A stretch of 42,797 nt of DNA from Chiloscyllium plagiosum. Lineage: Eukaryota. The notes under the pieces were generated by a model. That model saw only the letters and a program-made list of their open reading frames with translations. It did no database searches and was not told where the DNA came from. This document shows positions 12,870-22,708 of this stretch, one piece after another. A program made the position numbers and the translations under genes. Position 1 is the first letter of the stretch. Each line of letters opens with the position of its first letter. Location: the NCBI RefSeq assembly GCF_004010195.1, contig NC_057718.1:20923664-20966460 (forward strand). Direction: 5' to 3'.

Positions 12870-14370
12870 GTAAAACAGGTTATTTGATAAGGTACCTTAT
12901 GGCAGGCTGGTACAAAAAGTAGAGTCTCATGGGATCTGGGTTGAGCTGGCTAGATGGATACAAGACTGGTTTGGTCATAGAAGACAGAGAGGAGAAGTCA
13001 GAGGATGCTTTTCAGAATAGAGACCAGTAATTAGTGGTGCTCTACAGGATCAGTGCTGGGATCTTTGTTGTTTGTAATATATACAAATGATCTGGAGAAA
13101 AATGTAAATGACACCAAAATTGGCAGAGTTGCAGATACGAGGAGTCATAGAGATGTACAGTTGTCAAAAGATACAGCGGGATATGGATGGATTGCAGATT
13201 TGGGCAGAGAAATGCAGATAGAATTTAATCTGGAAAAATGTGAGGTGATGCATTTTGGAAGATCAAATTCAGATGCGAATTATGCAATAATTGGTAGATT
13301 AGGAGCATTGATATACAGAGGGATCTGGGTGTACAGGTCATGTAATCATTGAATCCCCAGTGTGGAAACAGGCCATTTAGCCCAACAAGTCTATACCAAC
13401 CCTCCGAACAGTAACCCATCCTCATCCATCTCCATACCCTATTACTCTACACTTACCCCGGACTAATGCATCTAACGTACACATCCCTAAATACTATGGG
13501 CAATTTAGTATAGCCAGTTCACCTAACCTGCACATCTTTGGATTGAGGGAAGAAGCTGGAGCACCCAGAGGAAACTCACACAGACATGGGGAGAATGTGC
13601 AAACCCCACACAGACAGTCGCCCGAGGCTGGAATCAAACCTGGGTCCATGGTGCTGTGAGGCAACAGTCCTAACCACAGAGCCACCATCATTCTATAGAT
13701 CCCTGAAAGTAGGAACAGAGGGATTAGGTGGTCAAAAAGGCATATGACACGCTTGCTTTCATTGGCTGGGATATCAAATGTAAAAGGTGGCAAGTTCTGA
13801 TACAGCTGTACAAAACCTTAGTTAGGCCCCGTTTGGAATAATCAGTTCTGGTTGCCATAGTACCAGAAGGACGTGGATGATTTGAAAAGGGTGCAGAGAA
13901 GGTTTCCAGGATGTTGCCTGGTCTGGAGGGTTTTAGTTATGAGGAAAGGTTGGATAAACTTAGATTATTTTCACTGGAAAGATGGAGGCTGAGGGGCAAC
14001 CTAATAGAGGTCCACAACTTACGAGAGGCACAGAAGATGTTGATAATCAGAGGCTTTTTCCCAGGGTGGAAAGGTCAACGACAAGAGGGCACAGGTTCAA
14101 GGTGAGAAGATGGGGAGCAGTTTACAGCAGAAGTGTGGGGAAACTTTTTCACAGAGGGTGGAGGGTGCCTGGAAAGTACTGCAGGTAGAGGTGGTGGAAA
14201 CAGGCATATCAGCAACATTTAAAGTGTACCTCGACAGACACATGAACGGGAGGGAACAGAGGGATAGAAACCACCTAAGGGGAATAAGAAGCGGGCTGAA
14301 ATAAGGTTTAAGAATCGATGCAGGCTTGGTGTGCCATAGGATCTGTTCTTGTGCTGTATAGTTATATTAT
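12870..14370 (+). mobile_element. CR1 LINE RT fragment interrupted by a SINE (approximate)
   Basis: QGSVLGSLLFVIYTNDL...DTKIG, FNLEKCEVMHFG, PGLEGFSYEERLDKLRLFSLE. Multiple lesions. Confidence 0.85.
13338..13690 (-). mobile_element. HE1-type tRNA-derived V-SINE
   Basis: Minus strand: A-box TGGCTCTGTGG, B-box GGTTTGATTCC, V-domain gtttgcacattctcccc...ccaaagatgtgcaggttagg, then a CR1-derived tail. Confidence 0.85.
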
Positions 14371-14837
14371 ATCACACAACATTTATCTTTGGCTATTTGC
14401 AACAAAGTACTGATCATAAATCAACCAGCTTGCACTTACAAAATAATCAATGCAGTAATTTTGTGAATTGACAACAATTTTTAAACAATTCTTAGTGTGC
14501 AAAGTATTACACTGACTATCAATCAGGCTTGCAGTGGAGCACACTTACATGTACTGGAAGCTACATATTAGTACATCAATCTCTTCTTTGAAACAGAAAG
14601 AACGTGTACACACACACACTGCCTGTTTCAACTGAACCAATCAGGGGACAACCCCCCATTCTCTGATTCATTTCTCCGAAAATGTCTTGACTCATCTGTC
14701 AACCTGCCTGAATTGAAATTTAAAAAGATTGACAGCTAACTATGTTATCACTGACAATTGCAATCTCTATGGCAACAATTCTAGCAATCGGTCGATCTGC
14801 CAACTCATCAACATTGTCCTGAAACAATATAAATGTT

Positions 14838-16225
14838 GAAATAAAACAAAGGACTGCAGACACTGGAAATCTGAAACAGAAATAGAGAGTGCCGGAGAAA
14901 CACAGTAAGTCTGGCAGCATCTGCAGAGAAAGAATCAGAGTTAATGTTTTAAAACCAGTGACCTCATCAGAACTGAAAGCAAGTGGAAAAGGGTGGCATT
15001 TGTGCCAATGATGGGGTTGGGGGAAATCAGAGAATAGAACACGGAGATTGAAGGAGAGAAAAAAGGGACTGATAATAAGCCAATAGGGAGATAATGCTGA
15101 GTAGCGTGCTGACAAGAAGTGCAAGTGTTGAAAATGGGTTGGTAGTGCTGAGAGAAATCCATAGAACACAGTTTTAAGGAGTGTGGAGATTGGTAATGAA
15201 CTTGAGGGTGTTCACATTCTGAAATTGTTAACAACATTGAAGGTTGTAAGCTACCTAGACAGAAGGCAAGACGCGGTTTCTCCAGCTCTGTCAAGCTTTG
15301 CTAAAGCAATTGCAGCAGGCCTGAGACAGAAACATTGGCATGGGAACATGATGGTGTGTTGAACTAGAAGTTCAGGGTTATTTTTAATGGATAGGGCATA
15401 GGTGTTCTGCAAAGAAGTAACTCACCTGAGTTTCATCTCCCAATGAGGACATATTGTACACAGCAAACACAGTAGATTAGATTGAAACAAGGTGCAGATA
15501 AATTGCTCCTTCACCTTGGACAGGGAGGAGAGAGGAAATAAAAGGATAAATGTTGCATCTTTAGCGATCACATGGAAAGATGCTATAGGGTTGTGAGGAG
15601 GAATTGGGAATGGAGAAGGAGTGGACCAAGGTGTACTCAAGGAAATGATCCGTGCAGAATCCTGACAAGGGAAGGGAAGAGAATATGTGCCAGGAGGCAT
15701 CCTCCTGGAGATGGCAAAAAGAGCAGCTCATGATCCTTTGGATGCAGGAGCTGGTGGAGCAGAAGTGCAGATCTTTTGTCAAAGAGACCGGGTGAGGGTA
15801 TGTGGTGTAAAATTCAGTGGAATGTGGTGAAACGGTTAAAAATTATGTCCCAATACATGTGTGAATCTAACCGGAATGGAGGTGTTGCTTAGTCCCGTGT
15901 GAATCTTATTACACACCTCCCCGTGTGAATCTTCTTATCTGTATGTAACCAGAATGGAATGTGTTTTTTAGCCTTGCTCTGCTGTTCACATGAATGTTTA
16001 TATCTGGAAAAGAGTATATCAGCTGGAAAAGTCTCCAGTTCGGTGAGTCTGCTCCGGGGTTACGTTTAACCGCCGAGCGTTAAGTGCAGGGTATAAGTGC
16101 AGGAAATAGGTCAGACATGGTTGAGCATCCCATAAACTATGGTGACAGGGAATCCTCAGTTGAGGAAAAGGGTAACATTTTTGAGCCCCCTTTGCAGAAG
16201 GTGGCATTAAACATAGGTGATTTTC
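14838..16225 (-). mobile_element. Old degenerate PLE 3' part, interrupted at 15801-16088
   Basis: pLTR and tail at ~14840-14975 with decayed hammerhead AGTT CTGATGA ... AAAC ATT AACT. Decayed GIY-YIG at ~15420-15700. FLN*GFP remnant at ~16150, equivalent to FFKDRNFP of the young copy. Confidence 0.75.
15801..16088. mobile_element. 288-bp insertion, possible solo LTR
   Basis: TG...CA ends, GGGTA on both flanks (15796-15800, 16089-16093), gtgtgaatct x3 inside. Host PLE sequence resumes after it. Confidence 0.45.
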
Positions 16226-16289
16226 GCCCCCTATAATATTCAAATTCTGTACTGTCAAATAGCTAAGTATGGTAGTGGTCAGATAATCT

Positions 16290-16530
16290 GTTTTTCTGCT
16301 GTCCATTAAGAGACACACACTGACCAGATCACCAGGGACATTGCTCCCCTTCTTCTCAAATAATATTTTACATCCACTTGACAAGCCATAAGACAGCACA
16401 CCCAACAACGCAGCATACCTTCAGTACTGTACAGGAAATCGATCTAGATTTTTTGTATTCAAGTATCTTGGAGTGGGAATTGAATCCACTCCAAAGGCGA
16501 GAGTACCACCAAATTGAGCCAGGACAGGCA
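16290..16530 (-). mobile_element. Degenerate Deu-type (SacSINE1-like) SINE fragment
   Basis: Reverse-complement similarity to the head of the 20795-21165 element (ccactcc...acttga..acaaaaa). Confidence 0.5.
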
Positions 16531-16650
16531 CATGCTGGGGCATCGGCACTGACAGAGACAGCTCAAGCCTCTCCCTTTCAGGATATTTAGCTGGTAGTCA
16601 GCGAGACTCAGCAGCAGCGTTTCCCCACGTGGGCAGAGGGACCTGCGCTT

Positions 16651-17062
16651 CATAGAACATTACAGCACAGAACAGGCCCTCCGGCCCACGATGTTGTGCC
16701 GAACATTTGTCCTAGCTTAAGCACCTATCCATGTACCTATCCAATTGCCACTTAAAGATCACCAATCATTCTGACTCTGCCACTCCCACCGGCAGCGCAT
16801 TCCATGCCCCCACTACTCTCTGGGTAAAGAACCTACCCCTGATATCCTCTCTATACCTTCCACCCTTCACCTTAAATTTATGTCCCCTTATAACACTCTG
16901 TTGTACCCAGGGAAAAAGTTTCTGTCTACTTTATCTATTCCTCTGATCATCTTATAAACAAACCTCAATCAACTCACCATCCTTCGCCGTTCCAATGAGA
17001 AAAGGCCTAGCACTCTCAACCTATCCTCGTACGACCTATTCTCCATTCCAGGCAAACATCAG
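16651..17062 (-). mobile_element. CR1 LINE 3' end
   Basis: Tail catagaacattacagcacagaacaggccc, followed by gcattccatgcccccactactctctgggtaaagaac. Confidence 0.8.
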
Positions 17063-17166
17063 GCAGTCCATTCAACCTTGTGGCATATTGAGGCCTTTAC
17101 ATGGCCAGAGCTTCATTCCAACCCTGTCATCATTTTATTCGCAAGAGAGGGCAGCTGAGGAAGTAA

Positions 17167-17525
17167 GGTGGTGGCATAGTAGTTATGCCATTGGGCTAGT
17201 CATTTAGAGCCCTGAAAAATACTCTGGGGATGTGGGTTTGAAATCCCCCCCCCCCATGCCAGATATTGAAATTTGTATCTGGAATTAAAAGTAAACATAA
17301 TGGCGAACATGTAACCACTGTTGATTGTCATAAAAATCCACCTTTTGTGACAGAAATCTGCTGTCCTTACCTGGTCTGGTCTATGGGTAACTCCAGACCC
17401 ACAGTATTATGGTTGATTTTTAACTGTCTTCTGAAATAGTCAAGCAAGCCACTCAAGGGCAATTAGGCATGGGAAATAAATGTTGGCCTAAGGCAGTGAT
17501 ACCCACATCCCATGACTGAACAAAA
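17167..17525 (+). mobile_element. tRNA-derived SINE with L2-type tail
   Basis: A-box tggcatagtagtt, B-box gggtttgaaatccc, tail gggcaattagg...cccacatcccatga. Homologous to 28990-29372. Confidence 0.7.
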
Positions 17526-17778
17526 TGAATTAGGCAGCCCATTTGTTTTCTAAATAAAAATTAAGTAAGCTGTTGTAAGGCAAATTAATGGTGAAATTCT
17601 TTTGAAAATCCCCTGTGCCTGACTCAAGATCATGCCCCATTGAACTTGCTCACTGGCGTCTCATATCTGGCACTGCACTGTCACATCCCTCAATGGGGTC
17701 TACCAGTCAGTGACCACTGTTTAAAACTGGTGTTTCTGGGACTACAGAGTTACCAGTCAATTTGATTGGTTGGCAGCT

Positions 17779-17868
17779 GAAAATGTGTTGCTGGAAAAGC
17801 GCAGCAGGTCAGGCAGCATCCAAGGAGCAGGAGAATCGACGTTTCGGGCATGAGCCCTTCTTCAGGAA
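17779..17868 (-). mobile_element. 90-bp solo tail-less PLE pLTR with hammerhead motif (17834-17869)
   Basis: Flanked by the 8-bp direct repeat tggcagct (17771-17778, 17869-17876). Confidence 0.9.
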
Positions 17869-18229
17869 TGGCAGCTTTATAAAGTGAACCGTCCTCCTCA
17901 GATGAGTGTGAATATCTTGGCCTGAGCTAACCCTCAGGCCTAAATGACTGCAGGGCTGAGAACACCTTGTCAGCAGCCTCCTGACTAACATATTGGCCAG
18001 GAGAATATGGTGTCCAGTAAAATTCAGTTCTAGAATACCGAAAATGTTCAGAAAAGATAGCCAAGAAAACATAGGAAAATGTGTTTGCAGAACAGATTAG
18101 AGAACAATTGAATGTTGGGAAATAATTTTTTTTACTGGAGTAAGGAGAAAATCCATTTGGTTGGCTTTGGGAAGTAAAAAGGTTGTGATTACACTATTTG
18201 TGTAAATAGGCTTATGAGAAAAATAGAGG

Positions 18230-18853
18230 AGGAGGTTTGCAGAGCAAATGTATGCCCAACAAAGTTTTATGTAAATAAATGTGAGGTTACCCAATTTGGG
18301 AGAAAAAGCAGGACTGCAGATTATCACTGGAATGGCAATTAATTAGTAAAGGGGAAGTTGCAACACCACCTGGGTATCCTTGTACATTAGTCACTGAAAG
18401 CATGGCAGCGCAGCAGGCAGTGAAGAAGGCAAATGGTATGTTGGCCATTATAGCAAGAAAATTCATGTACAGGAGTAGGGATGTCTTTCTGCAGTTGTAT
18501 ATGGTCTTGTATGCAGTTTTGGTCTCCTATCGCAGGAAGGATTTTGTGGCTATGAAAGAGTGCAACAAAAGTCTTACCAGGCTGATGCCTGGGTTGGTAG
18601 GATTGACTTAAATGAAGACAGACTGGCTCGGTTGGACTATATTCACTGAAGCTTAGAAGAATTGTGGGGGAAGAGGTTATCTCATAGAAACTTATAAAAT
18701 TTTAACATGACTTACTAGGGTAAAGGCAGAAAGGATGTTTCCAGTAACCAGGGAATCCAGCACCAGAGATTACAGTCCAAGGAAACTAGGTAGACCATTT
18801 TGGATGCGATGAAGAGAATTTTCTTCACCCTGAGAGTGGTGAGCCTGTTGAAT
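18230..18853 (+). mobile_element. Degenerate CR1 LINE RT C-terminal fragment
   Basis: QQAVKKANGMLAIIARKFMYRSRDVFLQLY. Confidence 0.8.
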
Positions 18854-18854
18854 T

Positions 18855-19280
18855 AGAATCATAGAGTCATACAGCATGGAAACGGACCCTTTGGTCCAAC
18901 TTGTCCATGCCAACCAAGTTTAAACTTGCCTGCGTTTGGCAACCTTTTTATTCGAGAGTGTGGTGCTGGAAAAGCACAGCAGGTCAGGCAGCATCCAAAG
19001 ACCAGAAGAATTGGTGTTTCAGACATAATGAAGGACTTATGCCCGAAACATCGACTCTCCTGCTCCTCGGATGCTGCCTGACCTGCTATGCTTTTCCAGC
19101 ACCACACTCTCGACTCTGATCTCCAGCATCTGCAGTCCTCACTTTCTCCTAACATTTCCTATTCATGTACTGTTCAAATGTCTTTAAATGTTGTAACCCT
19201 ATCTGCATCAATCATTCCCCTGGCAGTTCATCTAACATAGGGACCACCCTTTATGTGAAAAAGTTGACCCTCATGTTCCT
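18855..19280 (-). mobile_element. CR1 LINE 3' end, interrupted by a PLE hairpin
   Basis: tagaatcatagagtcatacagcatggaaac tail. Homologous to 32477-32805 and 33000-33685. Confidence 0.8.
18952..19149 (+). mobile_element. ORF-less PLE hairpin insertion (inverted pLTR + direct pLTR + 36-nt tail)
   Basis: Arm 18952-~19028 is the reverse complement of ~19037-19113. Tail 19114-19149. Degenerate TSD aacctttttattc / aacatttcctattc. Confidence 0.85.
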
Positions 19281-19282
19281 TT

Positions 19283-19482
19283 CCCGAAGAGTGCTAGCAA
19301 ACCTACCTCCCAGGATATTGGTGCCCTTCTGGTTCAGGTGCAACCCGTCCTGCTTGTACAGGTCCCACCTTCCCCAGAATGCAGTCCAATTGTCCAAATA
19401 CCTGAAGCCCTCCCTCCTACACCATCCTTGCAGCCACATGTTCAACTGCACTCTCTCCCTATTCCTTGCCTCACTGTCACGT
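19283..19482 (-). mobile_element. CR1 ORF1 (SGNH esterase) fragment
   Basis: LNMWLQGWCRREGFRYLDNWTAFWGRWDLYKQDGLHLNQKGTNILGGRFA. Homologous to 39520-39670. Confidence 0.85.
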
Positions 19483-19526
19483 GGAAAGCGACATACTGTC
19501 CCTTTCTCTTGTTCTCTCTATTGTAC

Positions 19527-19685
19527 CTTAGTCCCTCCGAGCTGCCGCACCAGGTTCAATGTGAACTCCTCGCCTGTATCCTTTGCATCGCGACGTTGCG
19601 ACTCGTCGCGATCTCCTTCTTCCTCCTCCTGTTCTGCGTCGGAATTTTCCAACAGCGTCTTAACATCCATTTCCATCGCCGCCAT
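19527..19685 (-). CDS. CEBPZ: CEBPZ coding exon 1
   Basis: Strong Kozak AACATGG, MAAMEMDVK...EEFTLNLVRQLGGTK (53 codons), GTACAA donor. LGGTK joins in frame to exon 2, as in the known FSLEEVLRLGGTK|QDYLML junction. Confidence 0.93.
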
Positions 19686-19689
19686 GTTG
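19678..19689 (-). promoter_or_regulatory. YY1 motif overlapping the CEBPZ start codon
   Basis: CAACATGGCGGC matches the YY1 consensus CAANATGGCGGC. Confidence 0.6.
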
Positions 19690-19703
19690 TCGATCGCTGT
19701 CCG

Positions 19704-19715
19704 TACGCATGCGCA
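19704..19715. promoter_or_regulatory. NRF1-like site
   Basis: TACGCATGCGCA, 11/12 match to the palindrome TGCGCATGCGCA. Confidence 0.6.
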
Positions 19716-19874
19716 GCTCAGGCCCTGCCCCATCCATAAAACGTTTTAATTTTTAAAAAGAGTAAAAACGAATAAAAGTGCCCATTTACAAGTAACAAGT
19801 AAATATTATATATATCCTGCTGATATCCTAAAATATATATAAAATTTCAATTTATTGATTTTGTCTAGAGCATA

Positions 19875-19905
19875 TGACCTTGACGGAGTGAGGGGTCAGA
19901 GGTCG
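19875..19905. promoter_or_regulatory. ERR response element plus DR1-like nuclear receptor element
   Basis: TGACCTTGA at 19875-19883 is the exact reverse complement of TCAAGGTCA. GGGTCA-G-AGGTCG lies at 19893-19905. Confidence 0.55.
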
Positions 19906-19991
19906 ATGGTGAAAGGTTGTGGTTTTGTTGATTTCTGTGAACTTGCTGTCATTTATTGAGACTAGATGAGGGAACGATAAAACTGTATAAA

Positions 19992-20064
19992 ATGAGGTTC
20001 TTTCCTGGATTAAAACCTTTATGTGCAGGAGTTTCCTTCTACATTTCTCGAAAAAGCTCTTCAG
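19992..20064 (+). CDS. NDUFAF7: NDUFAF7 coding exon 1 (mitochondrial presequence)
   Basis: AAAATGA start, MRFFPGLKPLCAGVSFYISRKSSS, G|GTATTG donor. Phase 1 fits exon 2. GLKPLCA resembles the recalled mammalian GLGPLCA. Basic and hydroxylated residues, no acidic ones. Not in the ORF track. Confidence 0.82.
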
Positions 20065-20516
20065 GTATTGCCAAGTATTAAGTTTTTCTTTCAATCTCCT
20101 GTGTTACTGGTTTGCATGTTATTTTTTAAAATCTCCACGTGTTTAATTGCGGTCTCGCCAATGTTGCTGATCTTATGTACCATTCTGAATATTTCACACG
20201 TATGGAAAGCCTAGGTTATGTGTATCTACTGAAAATGAGGACTGTTGTTTCAATCATGATCTTATGGTTGAAGTTTAGGTGAAGCAGAAATTGTCAGTTC
20301 TGCCAGCCTTAACGCAAAAAAAATTTCCTCATACTTGAAGTACAACCAAACTGATGATTTCTAGATTCTGATCTCTTTTTCGTTGCTAAGATTGGGAGAA
20401 ACAATTGTTCTTAATGTGTAGTTAAAGTGTTGCATTGGCTTAAATTGTCACGTTAGTAAAATGCTTCTTCTATGTAACTGGAACTTTACTTCAATCTTCT
20501 TTTCCATTTCTTGCAG

Positions 20517-20692
20517 TTTGTGGAAGATTGTGGGCAGGCCAATGGATGAGATCATGTTCCAGAACTTCACAAATTATGAAAGAAGGCAACCAAGATAGTA
20601 TAATGCTAAAGCACTTTATTTCAAAAATAAAATCAACAGGCCCAATTTCAGTAGCAGAATATATGAGGGAAGTTTTAACCAATCCTGTCACA
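20517..20692 (+). CDS. NDUFAF7: NDUFAF7 coding exon 2
   Basis: ttcttgcag acceptor, (V)CGRLWAGQW...MLKHFISKIKSTGPISVAEYMREVLTNPVT, GTATGT donor. Confidence 0.93.
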
Positions 20693-20794
20693 GTATGTAT
20701 TTCCTCATTGACTATTAAAACTTGGCATCTTTGCAATGGTTGTTATTTTAATGCTACAAATTAAACCACACAATAAAAACTCTCCCCTCTGAGT

Positions 20795-21165
20795 TAGAAT
20801 ATTGTGAATTCCACTCCTGGTGTAGGACTTGAGCACAAAAATCAAGGTTACTCTCCAGTCAAGAAAGTGCTGCAGTCTTGGAGGTGCCAGAATTCAAGTA
20901 ATACAGGACCCTTCTGTTTTCTTGGGTAGTTATAAAACATACAGTTGCGTTAATTTGAGGACGAATAGGATCATTATCCCTCACCCCTTGGCCGATATTT
21001 ATCCCTCAGTCAACTTCACATCTCTCCATTATCAGGTGGTTGATTGTGAAATCTTGTTATATACAAATTCACTGCTGTATTTCTTACATTACAGTGATTA
21101 CACACCAAAATACCTCATTTGCAATAAGGTGTTTTTGAGACATGCTGACAGTATGAAAGAGTTTT
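20795..21165 (+). mobile_element. Deu-type (SacSINE1-like) SINE, degenerate
   Basis: tggccgatatttatccctcagtcaac core and ttacattacagtgattacac...tttttgagacatgctga tail. Recognised from memory. Confidence 0.6.
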
Positions 21166-21322
21166 GCTTTTTTATCTTTTTTTTTCTTTAGTTGTACTTG
21201 TGTTGAACAGTCTTCTACTCCTGCAATTAGCATGCTGTATATTAAAAAAATTGATGTAATTCATCAAAGGGTTTCTTTTAATGGGCATTGTTAACTGAAA
21301 ATATTTGTGTACTCTGTTCCAG

Positions 21323-21403
21323 GGATATTATCAACACAGAGATGTTCTCGGACCACAGGGAGACTTCATTACCTCACCTGAAATTAGTCAGATTTTTGGA
21401 GAA
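21323..21403 (+). CDS. NDUFAF7: NDUFAF7 coding exon 3
   Basis: ccag acceptor, GYYQHRDVLGPQGDFITSPEISQIFGE, GTAAGT donor. GDFITSPEISQ is the MidA/NDUFAF7 signature. Confidence 0.97.
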
Positions 21404-21613
21404 GTAAGTCTAGCAGTGCATTGTGTAATTGTTTTGATTCTGTGGAACCCTGAAAAGTCAAAAGCAAGAAAGCTATTTCCTTACTATTGCTTGTACAAAA
21501 TAGATAAAGGTTAGCAGAGTAATTTTGATTGTCATAAATTAGGATTTAATTGAATTTTAGAATGTAACCTATTATAGAATGGCTAATAGCCCTATGCATT
21601 ACTAAAATTGACT

Positions 21614-21966
21614 CTTTCCCCCCCCCCCCCAATCCCAGATCCAGCCCTCCAAATCGGCACTGTCTTCTTGAACTGTCCTACCTGCCAGCTTCCTTCCCAC
21701 CTATCTGCTCCACTCTTCTGTCCAACCTATCACTATTACCCCCCACCTGCATTACCTATTGCCTTCCGAGCTACCATCCCCCTACCCAACTCCCACTTTA
21801 CTTACTTATTTCTCAGCTTCCCCCGCCCCAACTCCCCAATTCCTGATGAAGGGCTATGCCCGAAATGTCGACTCTCCTGCTCTTTGGATGCTGCCTGACC
21901 TGCTGTGCTTTTCCAGTGCAAATGTTTTGACTTTGGTCTCCAGCACTTGCAGTCTTCACTTTCTCC
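21614..21966 (+). mobile_element. 5'-truncated PLE (3' UTR, pLTR, tail) with hammerhead motif at 21839-21873
   Basis: ATTC CTGATGA A GGGC TAT GCCC GAAATGTC GACT. 12-bp TSD ctaaaattgact at 21602-21613 and 21966-21977. Confidence 0.88.
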
Positions 21967-22140
21967 TAAAATTGACTGATACAAATGGTAATCATTTTTG
22001 GTGAAATGGGAATTTTCCTCCTGCTTATTATCTCTAGGCTAATTCTAAGTTCATGAGATGAATGGCCAATCAACCAAATTGGATGTTGTTAGAACAGCGT
22101 TGAAAAGACCCATGCTTCAGCTTCGTTAATTTTCCTATTA

Positions 22141-22290
22141 CAGAGGAACCTTGATTATCCGGCATTCGATTAACTGAATTTTGGATTATCCGAACAAGAT
22201 CGCAGGTCCCGATGCTTGGCTAACTGTTATCCGGCATTCAGTTAACTGAACGAAATAGTCACTGTCCTTTGGATAATTGAGGTTCCTCTG
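22141..22290. mobile_element. 150-bp pogo/Tigger-like MITE
   Basis: 20-bp TIRs CAGAGGAACCTTGATTATCC / GGATAATTGAGGTTCCTCTG (18/20), TA on both sides. Confidence 0.9.
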
Positions 22291-22597
22291 TATACCCATC
22301 AAAGAAAACTTTTACAAGATTGTTAAAATACTTGCTAAAGAGGAAGTTAAAGAATGAAAGAGAGTTGGGTGCTGATTCTTGAGCTAGATTCCAATTTTAA
22401 TTGATCATGGTGTATCAAGTTGTTAAAGTTTAATATATATATTGAAGTGTTTCCATTGATAAGGAGGGTGCATTGCATAGATAATAGTAATGCTGCACTA
22501 TTAGATTCACTGTAGTTACTTAATAATTCCTGTATTTAAATTGGACTAGTTAAATTAAACAGTTATCTAAAAGTATTTTTTTCTCCTCCACGCCAAG

Positions 22598-22708
22598 CTA
22601 CTTGGAGTGTGGTGCATAAGCGAATGGATGGCTGCTGGTAAACCAAAAACACTTCAACTAGTAGAACTTGGACCTGGCAGGGGTACTTTAGCGAGTGATG
22701 CTCTAAGG
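22598..22708 (+). CDS. NDUFAF7: NDUFAF7 coding exon 4 (SAM-binding motif I)
   Basis: aag acceptor, LLGVWCISEWMAAGKPKTLQLVELGPGRGTLASDALR, GTAAGA donor. Contains the ELGPGRG motif. Confidence 0.96.

Larger units (their letters stand above)
19686..19991. promoter_or_regulatory. Compact bidirectional promoter and 5' UTRs of CEBPZ and NDUFAF7
   Basis: 306 bp between divergent ATGs. CpG-rich only on the CEBPZ side, with an AT-rich core at about 19740-19860. Confidence 0.85.

Noticed and set aside
19686..19733. In-frame upstream ATG extending CEBPZ by 16 aa (MGQGLSC...)
   Set aside because: It overlaps the NRF1-like promoter motif. ATG 19685 has a strong Kozak context and matches the expected MAA N-terminus.
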